64,000 nt of DNA. It comes from Vicugna vicugna. Taxonomy: Eukaryota. Numbering within the stretch: the first letter of the stretch is position 1; the number at the start of each line of letters is the position of its first letter. Position numbers and translations under genes: made by a program. The notes below the pieces were generated by a model. That model was not told the origin of the DNA. It did not search any database and saw only the letters and a list, made by a program, of their open reading frames with translations. Shown piece by piece: positions 11,790 through 24,982 of the stretch. Where the stretch lies: assembly GCA_013265495.1 (NCBI GenBank), contig MU058844.1, forward strand, positions 4,455,535-4,519,534, read 5' to 3'.

Positions 11790-13030
11790 GTATAGTTTTT
11801 AGCAAAACTTTATAAATATTATGACTGCATATTCTTGTTAAAGATAAGTAACATAAAAATGTTTAAATATTTTTTCTTCATGCCTCTTCACCTTCATTTT
11901 ATCTTAGTTCTTTATCTATAAATGTCTATGATACCTTTTTCATAGGGTTATTATGAATCTTAAGTGAATTATTATGCAAAAATGCCCAGGTATGAGCATT
12001 TTATGAATTTTATGGCACATATGAACACTTTGTAAATACTGTTAGCAACATTCTTCTTCATCACTGTCATCATTATTTATTATTTTCATAGGGAACTGCC
12101 ATGTTTCTGCTTATTTCTGCCATCTCATCTGTACCAGTGGACTAATATCCTTAGTAATTAGAATACCCGATCAAAGGTGATTTAAACTCTAAGGCTGATT
12201 ATTATCTGATCTAATAAGAAACCCAAAGCTAATTATAGGGTAGGTCGTATTTGGGAATATTATAGTGTAGTTTATATTATCTCCTATCGTGGTTGTAAAA
12301 TAGATGAAGGAGTTCAAGGAAGATGGAACCATCCCCATGGAAGAAGAAGGGCTTTTTTTTTTCCATGTAACTTTTTATTTTTACATAAAAATTTTTCCAG
12401 AGGCTTCTGGCAGATTTAGATCTAATTAGCTAGAAGTGGATTAATAGGCTATACTAATTATTTGTTTAAATTTGAACCATTCAGTGGCAGAAAGAATGAT
12501 GACACCGTAATGGTTTATGCCAAGCAGAGTGCAGGTGACTATGAAGTATCTTTTGGGTAGGCAATGGTGTCTTACCTAGCTTAAGTCTAATGATTTCTTA
12601 CTTTGTTGGTATTCTAAATATTTCACAAGTATTAATACTCAAATTTAAGAGTAGAGTCAGAATATTATGACTTGATTTCTAGAATTAGTTTGGGGTATTG
12701 ATTATTTTCCTAATTGTTTTCTGTTTTTTTACTAATAAAATGTTTTAAGATTCAGCTGCAGTTATTATAGTGTAACAGTTGTAGACTGATAATTCATAGA
12801 ATAAAGAAAATAATTTGATAAAATAATTTATTTACCTTGCATTTATTAAATGAAAATGTAACTTTGAGGGTAAATCCTTTCAAATGGAATTTTGACTTCT
12901 TATATTATCAGATATTGAGTAGTTATGATTTATCTTGTTTTATGAAGACCTTAAATTTCCATAATCTAAAGCTGTCTCTTCCTATAGTAAAGTATTTTAT
13001 TAGGTTTACTGTGCTGTTATTTTTTTTAAG

Positions 13031-13133
13031 TGAAAAGGAGACCTGGAAAACAGAATCTGAAACAATGAAAGAGGAAAAAAGAAAACTTGAGGATCAAATC
13101 CAACAAGATGCTATAAAAGTAAAAGAATATAAT
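13031..13133 (+). CDS. CEP290: CEP290 exon 24 (103 nt)
   Basis: tttaag|TGAAAA ... TATAAT|gtaagt; EKETWKTESETMKEEKRKLEDQ. Confidence 0.95.
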
Positions 13134-13222
13134 GTAAGTAAAAGCTTTTAAAGTCAATATACACTATTATACAAACTAAGATAGCTAGGTTCAACAAGTA
13201 ATAAAAATGTGACTTTTTGCAG

Positions 13223-13453
13223 AATTTGCTCAGTGCTCTTCAGATGGATTCAGATGAAATGAAAAAAATACTCTCAGAAAACAGTAGAAAGATCACAGTC
13301 CTGCAAGTCAATGAAAAGTCACTCATAAGGCAATATACTACTTTAGTAGAAATGGAGAGACAACTTAGAAAAGAAAATGGGAAACAGAAAAATGAATTGA
13401 TATCAATGGAGGCTGAAGTCGGTGAGAAAATTGGACGTTTGCAACGTTTTAAG
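13223..13453 (+). CDS. CEP290: CEP290 exon 25 (231 nt)
   Basis: ttgcag|AATTTG ... TTTAAG|gtacat; NLLSALQMDSDEMKK...LQRFK; preceded by an 89-nt intron. Confidence 0.96.
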
Positions 13454-16395
13454 GTACATCTGATTTTTTTGACTACGAAAATTTTCAAATTTTAAGAAGA
13501 AAGGATAGTATGATGAGTACCCATCACCTGAATTAATAGTTAACATTTATTAACATGCAGCTATAATTGCATCATCTGTTTTTTGTAGGACTATTTTAAT
13601 TACAGACATTTCTCCCTTAAATATTTTAGTGTGCATCTCTTAAAAAAGTCTTTTTCTATTTATATAACCACAATGACTTTACCATGCTTAACAAAATTGA
13701 CTGCAGTACCTTATATTATCTAATGTCCAGACCATACACATTTCCTCAGTGTCCCAGGATCTAGTCAAGGACCCTGCATTGTATTTGAATGTTACATGTC
13801 ACAAATCTTTTTAATACAGAATCCGCCCCCCCTTTTTTTTTCTCTCTGAAAAATGTTGAGTATTTATCTGATTATTTTCTTGCATAATTTTACTTCTTCT
13901 TCTATCAATTGTATTTTCTAAAACTTAATTCTGAAGCCTTGGTTATATTCAGGTTTAACATTTTTGGCAAGAATACTCTAAGTAATGCTTTGTACTTGCA
14001 TCACTTCAAGAGATAGACTGTCTAGTAGTCTCATGTTTCATGACTGATTACTTTATTAAGGGGGAGACAGCCATGTATCTCTATTATTAAGTGATTTATT
14101 TAACTCTTCAGTGATATTTTGGTACCACTCAAATGACCAGTTCTTCATCAATTCTCTTAATGGTTTTAGCATCCACTTAATTGTTGTTGCTGACCCAGTT
14201 ATTTCATTAGGAGTTGCAAAAATCATGATTTTCTAGTTATATTATGTTCTCTACATTTATTAGCAGATATTCTTTTGTAAAATAAAGATCTTTTCCTCAT
14301 TAGCCCAAACTCTTTGGTTTTCTTGAAGTATGGTTCTTACTTGAAAGGAAAGATAAAAGCTTCATTCTTTCCTTTTAATGACAGTTTTCAAAATACGTAA
14401 TTGGTGTACTCTGCTTCTACCTGTCCCCTCCCACCCACTGCACCCTCCAGCTTTCTCTTTCTTAAGTATTGTAGCAGACTCACACACTTTTAAATAACTG
14501 TGTTTTAAGTCAGTTGGAGCCATTTTTCTTTTGTTTCAACTTTGGCCAATGGGAGCCCTTTAAAGCTGTCTGTTGTGTCCCTTTGACAGAAATCCATCAT
14601 CTTTGAACCAGACTGCAAAGCTTGGTTTGTTTTCTGTCACAACATGATGTCCAAGATTTATCTTGTGTACTTCTCTAAAGAGCCCTAGTTCTTTTTAGTG
14701 GAGACAGCACTTAGATACCACCGGTACAAGGTGTCATTTGCTCTTGAAGTATCACTGCTACTAGTCCCTTCCAGGAAACAAGTTAGGAAAATATGTATAG
14801 ACTTAAACCATGAGTTCATATTATTATTTTCTATTCAAATTTAACATTTTAGGGTAAGTAAGTAGTTTGGAGTTTTTACTAACCTTTGATTCTGTGCCCT
14901 ATATTTCTTTTTTTTTTAAACATGGAAATCTTTAATAAAATAACATTAAATCTAACATTAAAATAATTATTAGTTTTATACTACAATATTCATACATTAA
15001 TTTGAAAATAATATTCTTATATTGGGATTAACAATAACAATAGCAGTGCTACCAGATGTAGTTTAAAATTTCTTTACAGTTCTTATTTTCTTTAGAGTAT
15101 CTCTCACTAAGGATATATAGTCGTGATAACATATTGTACAGTAATTTGTCTCTGTTTTTGTTTTTTAGTTTGTAAAGTCTTTATTCTTTTTTTAATGTTC
15201 TACAGTAATTTGAAATAATGCTCCTGTTTGTGTCTAAATTTGCATGGGAACATATAAACAGAAAAATTCAAAGTAAAATTAAAATGAACTTGAGTTCCTT
15301 ACCATCCCCTTTTAAATATATTAATGGATGAAACTGTCATGCTAATAAACCTGTTTTCAGTGTGAAATGTTTTTGTCTTTATTTTTGTGTTAGATTTTGT
15401 AAAATATACTTTTGGGGTATTACAAGTAAGTGTAGCTAGTATTTGAGATAGAATTGAAGAAAGAACTACAATTTTCTCCCTCTTCAACCTGTTGTTCAGC
15501 CTTTTGTTGTTGTTGTTACAATAATTGGAAAGCCAAAAAAAAAGGGATATTTTTAAGGATGGGGAACATAATCTCTCCCACTGCTAAGAAAAAGTGAAAG
15601 TGAATCCCAAGGGTTACTTATTTATTTAGAGAAGTTGTCAAAATGAGATCTGAAGCATTATTAGAAATATTTTCCCCTCATTACTATACTTCAGAATGAA
15701 TTATAACCATAAATTCTTAATCTTTTTCACTTCATAAATTTTGTTTTACACTCTTTGGATAATGTCTTTGAATAATGACTTTTTATGGCTCTGTAGCTAG
15801 AGTAGAACATGTACCAAGTAACTTAAAGGCTTTGATATTATTTGTTACAGGTAACTATGATGCAGAGAAGCTTTTTCTTCTTAAATAATGTTTTCTTCTT
15901 GAGAACAAAATTTTTTCTTTTATTTTTAAGCTAATTTGTGTAACTATAAATGAACAGAAATGGCTAAACTATAAATGTTACCTATAGTAATGCTAATTTT
16001 GCCATTCAGCTGTCAAAAGACAAGTTTTTTTTTTTAATTTTATGAATTTAGAAAAGCCATCCTTAGATACATTTTGAGTGATATGTTTTCTTGCTGGTGT
16101 ATATTATGCTTTTCTCAAATTAAATGAATTTTATTAACTATGACAGGAGTTATAAAGTATTCACTTTGTTTTTATTTTTATTATGATTAAAAATTTCCAA
16201 ATAATATTATTTATTATGTGAAAGAAATTGATAATTATTGTAATATTTTTCCTTACATAAGAAATCTTACATATTTTTAATTGATTCTAAAACCAGTTTT
16301 CCTTCAGTTATATTATCTTATCCTTCTCAATAGTGTCTAATGCTTCACTAGAAAAAAATATACCAACTTAACGCAGTGTATCCTTATTTACATAG

Positions 16396-16569
16396 GAAAT
16401 GGCCTCTTTCAAGATTGCAGCACTCCAGAAAGTTATTGATAATAGTGTCTCTATGTCTGAACTAGAATTGGCCAATAAACAATACAATGAACTGACTGCT
16501 AAGTACAGGGACATCTTGCAAAAAGATAATATGCTTGTTCAAAGAACAAATAACTTGGAACACCTAGAG
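16396..16569 (+). CDS. CEP290: CEP290 exon 26 (174 nt)
   Basis: acatag|GAAATG ... CTAGAG|gtaagt; EMASFKIAALQKVIDNSV...LEHLE. Confidence 0.96.
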
Positions 16570-19129
16570 GTAAGTGTGATCCTTAAACCCTGAGATATTA
16601 GCCATTCTTCTCTGGTGATGTCTTACTGTAGATGCAGAATGATTTCTGGATGACTTCCTCCAGGGCATCCTCCTCAGCCCACTTGCATGATTAAACTGAA
16701 TCAAACCGCTTTCTGCCAGGCACTTAAAAAGAAAAAAGAACATGAAACAAGGTATTGTAATCAAAAGAGAAAGCATCATTAAGTACCCATTCCTTTCTCT
16801 TACGCCAGTGCAAATTATTTCCTCATCATCCATGGTTTCTTGGGATGAATGTAGCCAAGAATGGATGAGGTATTTGATTGCTCTTTCTGGACCATGGATG
16901 AACTCTGCAAATCCCTGTGCTTTCTAATTGTAGAGATAGAGTAGGATAGTGTATCATTAGTTCAATTCAAAGGATCTATGACTATGGCCCAGACCCTTTG
17001 TAGTACTCTTCAGGCCACTTGACCTCCATACCTGTTACAGTGGGCAAAGCAAGCTCCCAATTTTGTTTATCTTCTTCATAAAAATAAAAGCTTCTGTCCT
17101 TTGACTCATTCTCTTTTATGATCTTCTCATAGGACTGGAATGAGATCTAATTCTTTTGGCTCACAAGCTTACTCGCTTAGGGCTACACATTCAAAAAACA
17201 TTCTGAATAGCTTTCAGTGACTCTTGCAAAATTATCTGAGTCATTATTTATTAATACTAACTAGAAGTAATCATGATCAGTTTACTTACTATTATCAGTT
17301 TACTTACTATTTTGGCCAAAGAGAGATGATTGTGATAATTTTTATAGAAAATTCTGAATATTTAGGTGTGGTAAAGTTTATTTTCTTTTTTCCCATCTTT
17401 CATGTCTGTTCTCCACTCTTCTTTAGCATTAGAAAATCCTAGGTAAGAAATCTGTAGATAACATATCAATGTGTAATTTTTAACTTGTAAAATTTATTTC
17501 CCCAGATAATATTTTTCATATTTACTAAAAACTTAAAAAAAAAGTGTATTTGTATTGTATCCCTTTCTCTCCTTTACTTCCTGCATCTCAGTTATAATTT
17601 TGAACAATTATCTCTCCCGAATGACAGTGTCTTAGCTTTATTCTTTATTATCTTTATTGTAGTAGTTGTTACCCATATCCTCTTCTCCAGTGTTACATGC
17701 TCCTTACTACCACCAGAATGATAATTCTAAACACAGATCTGGCCGTGTTTCTCCCTTGCTTAAAACCTCTCAAAAGCTGCTGGTCACTTAAAGAATAAGT
17801 GACTTTTGTGATTAGTCGCAGTTACCTTACGTCATTTCTTGTGGTATGCTACGGTGTTTCACAATTTATGTTTTGGAAACTGAGCTACCAGTTTTCTGCA
17901 ACACAGTATTTTTTTTCTTACAGATATTCTTCTGTATGTGCAATTTTCTTTGTCTTGAAAGCCCTTCCCCCCCCAAGTTTATCTGCTTAGGGAGTTTCTG
18001 TTATGTTTCAGAATTTTTTTCAGACATTATCTCCTTTTCTGTAGCATCCTTTATAGAACTAACTCACTCCCTCTGTCTATATTAGTTCTATATCTTATAA
18101 ATAGTTCTGCTGTTTATATCACATCATATCATATGTGTTTGTATGTCTGCCTCCCCCACAGGAATATAAGCCTCCTGGTATCAGGAACTCTACTTAATTC
18201 ATTTTTATGGGTTTGGTACCTCCTGTTTGGCACAGAGTTAGAGTTAACAGATGTTAACCTCAGGGATTAATTAATAGTGTAGAGCTAGTCAAAAATCATC
18301 AGAATGGTGATTGAGAAATCATTGGTACCTTTTGAGAGTAAAGTTTCATGAGAATAAAGGTGATGAAAGTCAAATTTTACAGTGTAAAATATAGAGTGAG
18401 TGGTAAGGAAATGCAAAATCTGAATGGGTGATAAGACAATAAAACCTGGAAATTTGATAATAGAAGAAAAGAGAAGTAGATACATGTTGAGGTAGAATTA
18501 AGAGGATTTGCTGTGGGTTTTATTTTTTTTAGTTTAGTTTAGTTTTTTTTTAAATAAAAGAGACCAGTGAAATTTGAGAGAATGAGGAAATAAAATTTAG
18601 CACTATAAAATTTAGGAAATAAAATTTAGGGAGGGAGTGATTGAATATTAGAGGTAAGAATGGTAGTAAGTAAGAGTGCAGTACCAGAGCAGGCTGATGA
18701 AAATGAGATCTGGAGCAAGGCCACAGTTATCCTTTGAAAGAATCTGGAAGTAAGAGAAACATAAAGGGTAGCAAGGTATTTAAAACACCCTAAATCCTTT
18801 TTTGTTTTATTCTTATGAATTACAGTATCTAAAAACAGGGTTGTAATTGTGCACATTACCAGAAAGTCACATTTTATCCCCTTATCTTCCTTTTCACCAT
18901 CACCATCCCCTGTTCTATTGTTTTTCGTAACACTTATTACTGACGTTGTGTTGTATTTTGGCTTATTTTCCAATTATTCCACTGAAACACAAGTTCTAGG
19001 ATGGAGCTTGTTTACCATTGAAGTCTATTGCTTAGAATAGCAGGCATATGGCAGACGCTCGATTTGTTAAAATTAAGAATAAATGAGCTTAAAATATTAC
19101 ACTTATGTATCAATCCCTACGTTTATGTC

Positions 19130-20075
19130 TCCAGCCTGACTTCTCAGAGCTCTGTCTACTGTATGGAATTACCTACTTTACATCTCATGTTTCAAGGAAC
19201 TCTCAAGTTTAGCATATCCAAATTGAATTTCTGATGTCCTGATGTCTGTTTCTCTCATAGTTGTTCCTGTTTCTATATATGCCGCTATTATCTACTAAGT
19301 TAAAGCACATATCTTAGAGTTATTCTCTAGTCTTTCTCTTCCTTTGTCATTTTTTTCCCCAAATGTAATTAACCTATGTGTTCTCTTTCCTCCGTCTTTA
19401 CTGCTCTAACTGTAATCTAAGCTGATGTCATCCCTCATCTGGATGGACTTTACAATATCTTCCTGACTAATTTCTCATTTTTCTATTTACCCCTTTATTT
19501 ATTTGCCACATTTCATTCAGGATAGTTATTTAAAACTTCTTCCTAAAATCTTTAAATGATTTCCTAGTGTGCATTAAGTTAAAATTCAGTTCCTTGTCTT
19601 GACGTAATACCATGCCTTGCCTGGTATGGCCCTCTGTTCTCTCTCCAATTTTATCCCTTTCCACTCCTCACTCATTGTTGCTCAGTGTGCTCAGACTCTT
19701 CCCACTTAGAGCGCCTGGGTTTACCTGCACATCAGTTCTCTCCATGACTAGTTTCTTGTTAGGACTGGCTTCTTACCTTTGATTTCAGCTTAAATACCAC
19801 TTCTTCAGTGTTTAGATATGCTGCCTTTTATTATTCTTTGGTTTTGTGCTCTGTTTCTTTCTAGAAATTGACGTTTTTAGTGAATTTTTTGTTCGCGCAT
19901 CTGTTTACAGTCTGCTGCCTTCCACACTCTCCCCAACTCCTACTGCACACATACCCACAGACACCAAATGGTGAGGCCGCTGAAGGCCAGAATTTTGTCT
20001 TTTTCTTTTCATCATAAACATCCAGCACCTGTCACTAATGGTGTGGTAGGGATACTCAGTAACTGCATGAATGAG
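19130..20075 (+). mobile_element. Degenerate LINE-2 3' region, approximate limits
   Basis: Pyrimidine-rich L2-like motifs (ccagcctgactt...tctcaagtttagcatatccaaattgaa), ending in an L2-type ...ctcagtaactgcatgaatga tail. Confidence 0.55.
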
Positions 20076-20396
20076 GGAGATAAGCACTGGTTTGTGATGG
20101 TTGTGAAACTCTATGAGTATTCCAGCTTGGCCAGAATGAATATCACAGAAGTCAACAGTTCGGGGCCACATGTTGAATATACTAGATTTTGATGATTATT
20201 TTTAAGTAATATTTTATATATGTGTGTGTGTATATGTATATATGTATTACATGTACGAGAGCTTCTCATTTTATTAAAAAGAAAACCCACTAGATTGTGA
20301 GCTTTAGGAGATTATTATATAAAGTTAAGACAATGTCACTTCTGTGGTATTAGTCTGAACTGCTGGTAGTTTGTCAGTGATGTTTGTTTTATTCAG

Positions 20397-20508
20397 TGTG
20401 AAAATGCATCCTTAAAAGAACAAGTGGAGTCTATAAATAAAGAGCTGGAGATTACCAAGGAAAAACTTCACACTGTTGAACAAGCCTGGGAACAAGAAAC
20501 TAAATTAG
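20397..20508 (+). CDS. CEP290: CEP290 exon 27 (112 nt)
   Basis: attcag|TGTGAA ... ATTAG|gtaagt; CENASLKEQVESINKELEITKEKLHTVEQAWEQ. Confidence 0.96.
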
Positions 20509-22938
20509 GTAAGTACTGTGACTCTGAGAATATAAAATGATGATCTAATAGTGAATATTTTTCATTTAAAATTCCTTTTCTATACCAGATGAAAAGGAAG
20601 TATTTTGATAAAAATGAACTCTGCCTAACAGCTTAATTTAGCAGCAGTTGATGAATAATATCTTGTGCTAATCTTTACCAAAACTTGGTTTTTAGTTATT
20701 AAATTAGATTTGTTTCTAATGAAATAATATGTGTTAAAAATTTTTGACTAAGCATTTAGCTATATTGAACTATTTAACAATTGAGACTGGTGATAATTTT
20801 GAAATATCTGTATTTTAATGATAATATTATGACTTCTTTCACTATGTGTAAAGTTATATTACAAATATATCATTTGATATTTTTCAATTAAAAAAGTCAC
20901 CAAAAAACATAAAAAAATTGGAAATAACTTATATTGCCCATAGTTCCACTACTATATTATCATTTTTTTGTATTCCCTTCAAACACTTACATATTTTATA
21001 TACTTTAAATTATAATAAACATTACATGCTGTATTTATTTAGTAGATATCAAGATATTTCATGTTTTGTTCATCATACTTATAAATATTTATGCAGTATT
21101 TTACTGTTTGAGTGATTTACATTAGCTTTTCTTATTTTTGCTGTTGCTCATAGTACTGAAATGAATGTCTTCATGTATATCTAACAGAGATATTATTATC
21201 TCAAAGGGTATTAAAATATTTGTGGCTTCTGCTAGGATTTTCCATATTAGTTTTTCAAATGACTTTCCTAGTTCACAACATTTGAATAATCTTATCTCGC
21301 TAGCATTGTGCTTTATAATTTTCAAATAAATTTGCTCCTGTGGATAAAGTTTTATAAATTTGTTTGTTTTCTCAGCCATAGAGCTCTAATGCTATTCAAG
21401 GTTTCTGTTACTATTGAATTGGTAACTAAGACATATGATTTAGAGAGGCTTAACATTGAGAAGTCTAAAATAAGCTACTTTTAGAAATATAATTTTTAAT
21501 TCATTAAGAGATTAAAAGTGAACTTTCATGTGGCTCTTACCTGAAAGAAGAGACCTTTTTAACTTAGAAAAGAGTATTATATACAGTTTTAGTATGTTCT
21601 TTGTTCATTTTACCATATGTCTCTTTAATGAGTGCTAACTTCATTATAGAAATTTCTTAATTTTCAGATACCTTCATCTTTCCCATACATGGCTATGTAT
21701 CACTGAAGTTTTAAAAGCTTTTCTTATTTCTTGTTGCTCTTATATCTTTGTTTAAAAGTGTCACTTACTAGCTTTTTTCATGTAGGAATTGATCGGTGTT
21801 GGACTCTTTGTTACCTTCTCTCTAAGAACACTCCAAACTTAGGAACGTAACAGATGGCTAGTCCAGTGCAACCCCTGTGCTGTGCCTCACTTCATTGTTA
21901 GAGTTTAGCACAAAATAAAATCGAGAAAAGGTTTTATGTTCTTTGTGGATTTGTATTTATATTTAGTACACTTTTTTTTCTTTTTTTCTGGTGCTTAGAG
22001 TTGCCCGAATGAGTCTTTATTCAGTAATGGACTGTTTACTAACACTTTTAGCTTCTTTCGGTAATCTGTTACTATTAGTTATTTGATCAGTGCTTACAGC
22101 AGCTATTCTAAAATTGTGTACTATTTAAAGATACATACAGAACAAAATGAGGTACTTCTTAAAACTGAGGCAGACACCAAAATATTTTTCTTTGGTTGGT
22201 TGGTTTCAAAAATATCTATTTCTTTGAGTGAACTCAGTTATAAAACTCAAGCTTGTGAAGCTGGACGAATAGGAGGGGGCATTATGGGTGTTACAGAAGA
22301 CTATTTACAAGGTGTATCACTGCTTTAGTTCCTTAAAATAATTGACTTCCCTGAACATAGATTATCTGACTCTCAAATACAAAATGCTTTACCAAAGTTT
22401 GTGTTTTTCCTTGAGCATGTCTGTTCTGCAAAGCAAAAATTCTCTTCTCAAAAAATGATTAAGTGACTAATGACAGTACTACATGATGCCTTTTCATGGT
22501 AAATTGGGGACTTTTCATTCTCTTCTCATTTAACCACAAACTTATGTGTCCAAAGACAAGCTATACACCAATACATATGAGATTAGGTTATAATAACTAA
22601 TAAAATAATTTAAAATATTTGATATTAGATGTATACAAAGGACAGATAATAATGAGGGTTAAGGAAGATATTTGGTGGAATTCCTAAATCACATGGCTTC
22701 AGATTTTACTTTTCAGCTTGACTCTGTGAGACTTTAAAAACAAAGTTATTGCACTTACAGTCACAAAGTAGTGTCTCCTCACTGTATTGCTTCTTGTATA
22801 GTTTATCTCCTTTCAGTTAACAAAATATATTTATTTACCCTTTTTAAAAAAACAAACTATTTGCCCTTTTTTGATTGTCTGCATATGACACCTCCTACAC
22901 TGCATCCTACAGTACACTGTTACATTGTTATTTCAACA

Positions 22939-23445
22939 CAGGCATATCTTGGACATACTGCAAGTTCTGCTCCACATCGCCACAATAAGGCAAATATTGC
23001 CGTGAATGAGTTCCACAAATTTTTTGGTTTCTCGGTGCATATAAAAGTTATGTTTACATTATACTGTAGTCTGTTAGTGTGCAATAGCATTATGTCTAAA
23101 AAAAACCTAACACACATACCTTAATTTATAACTACCTTATTGCTAAAAAGTGCTAACCATCATCTGAGCTTTCAGCTTGTTTAAGTTGTAACATCAAAGA
23201 TCACTGACCGCAGATCATCATGACAAATATAATAATTTTGGAAAAGTTTGAAATACTGTGAGGCTTACCAACATGACAGAAACATGAAGTGAGCAAATGC
23301 TGTTGGCAAAATGGCACCAATAAACTTACTAAACTCAGGGTTGTTGCCCTAGACCTTCAATTTAAATAAAAACAAGAACAAACAAAAAACCCGTAGTATC
23401 TGCAAAGCTCAGTAAAGCAAAGCACAATAAAATGTGGTATGCCTG
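22939..23445. mobile_element. Internally deleted Tigger1 (TcMar-Tigger) DNA transposon
   Basis: Terminal inverted repeats CAGGCATATC... / ...GGTATGCCTG; both subterminal regions match Tigger1 as recalled (gtgcatataaaagttatgtttac; gtaacatcaaagatcactga). Confidence 0.85.
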
Positions 23446-23693
23446 TTATCCTATGAAGAATAATTTCTCTTATCATTTGATGAAGAATGTAAGTTCCAGA
23501 GGGATAAATGGAATAGGCAGCATGCAGATTAGAAGTAATAGAGTTAAGATTAGAATCCAAGTCTGTCATGATTCAGAATACTCATGTGTTTTCCATGGAA
23601 CCAGATTGCCTCCTTCTATACAATGTCTAAAATACGTGAAATAAAATTTTGATAAGAACAGCATGAGATTGACTATACTATTGTTGCATTTAG

Positions 23694-23899
23694 GAAATGA
23701 ATCTAACATGGATAAGGCAAAGAAATCAATAACCAACAGTGATATTGTTTCTATTTCCAAAAAAATCACTATGCTGGAGATGAAGGAATTAAATGAAAGG
23801 CAGCGGGCTGAACATTCTCAAAAAATGTATGAACATGTGAAGACTTCGTTAAAGCAAGTGGAGGAACGTAATTTTGAATTGGAAACCAAATTTGCTGAG
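23694..23899 (+). CDS. CEP290: CEP290 exon 28 (206 nt)
   Basis: atttag|GAAATG ... GCTGAG|gtttga; NESNMDKAKKSITNSDIVSISKKITMLEMKELNERQRAEH. Confidence 0.96.
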
Positions 23900-24830
23900 G
23901 TTTGATACAGTTTTTATCATGCAGTTAGAGAGTAGAGAATTAGTCATGGTAGACATAGTATTGTTAAGAGATTTATTTGTAACTCTGAAGTAGCATGTTA
24001 ATATAGTGCTTGAGTTTCATGTAGCAGATAAATTATGTGTTTTAAAATCTGAAATGTTTAAAAAGAAAGCAGATACTACTGTGATTGAGTTCTTATTTCT
24101 CACCAGTATTGCATTACTAGATTTAATGTGCAAAAAGATGTCATTTGCTTAATCATGAAATTACCACCACTATTCATTTAACAATCATTGAGTGCCTATT
24201 ATATGTGAGACACTGTGGAAACTGGGGTTACAGCACAAAATAAAATAGACAGTAATTGCTGCTCTCAGTGACTTCATTCTAATAGGAATTTTTAGACTTT
24301 TTTTTGATATGGTCAGAATTATTACATTGGCTGTCAATAAATATAGTTTGCAAATATTCAACAATTTATGATGAAGTAGCAGTCTTGCAATCTTTGTTTA
24401 CCTAGAGAATTAGTATATTTTTCAAAGCATTTATGTCATTGTGTTTATTTTAACTGAATCATTAAATAAGTATTAATAAGATTTTATTAACTAGTTAGAC
24501 TTATTTATAGATGATATCACTGAAGTAAAATATAAGGAGTATATGGCATTTCAAGCAAGTTGAGGATATCAGAGATTCAGATGTTAGTAGACTGTGAGTT
24601 GACTAACATAAATGACTTCTGGTGGTTTTGTGTATAATTAGAGTTTTCATAATTTGTTCCTGGTTCTTCCTTCCATTACCCTCTTGCAGTCTACTCTTAA
24701 TACTTCACACCTAATTCAGTGTCTGGACTAATGCAAAGTAAAGAGGGCTGCAGCACTCTGTAAGATATAGTAAAAGAAAAATCTTGCCAAAAACTGATGT
24801 TTCTGAACATTTTTTGTTACTTTTTCTTAG

Positions 24831-24982
24831 CTTACCAAAATCAATTTGGAAGCACAGAAAGTGGAACAGATGTTAAGAGATGAATTAGCTGACAGCGTGA
24901 GCAAGGCAGTAAGTGATGCTGATAGGCAACGGATTCTAGAATTAGAGAAGAGCGAAATGGAACTGAAAGTGGAAGTGTCAAA
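24831..24982 (+). CDS. CEP290: CEP290 exon 29 (152 nt)
   Basis: tcttag|CTTACC ... TCAAA|gtaagt; LTKINLEAQKVEQMLRDELADSVSK. Confidence 0.95.

Noticed and set aside
13240..13488. Minus-strand ORFs over CEP290 exons (also 725-913, 24827-25009, 52319-52630, 53051-53272, 57388-57651)
   Set aside because: Antisense shadows of K/E-rich coding exons, with no independent gene structure
16570..20396. Equivalent of the human c.2991+1655A>G cryptic exon
   Set aside because: No orthologous site could be identified by eye; this intron is 3827 nt and has no Alu-like sequence
21786..21846. Possible cryptic exon in intron 27
   Set aside because: 61 nt (frame-shifting) with a weak AAC|GTAACA donor and no further support
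22771..23569. ORFs overlapping Tigger1 as a possible transposase
   Set aside because: Only non-coding terminal parts remain; no DDE or HTH-like sequence seen
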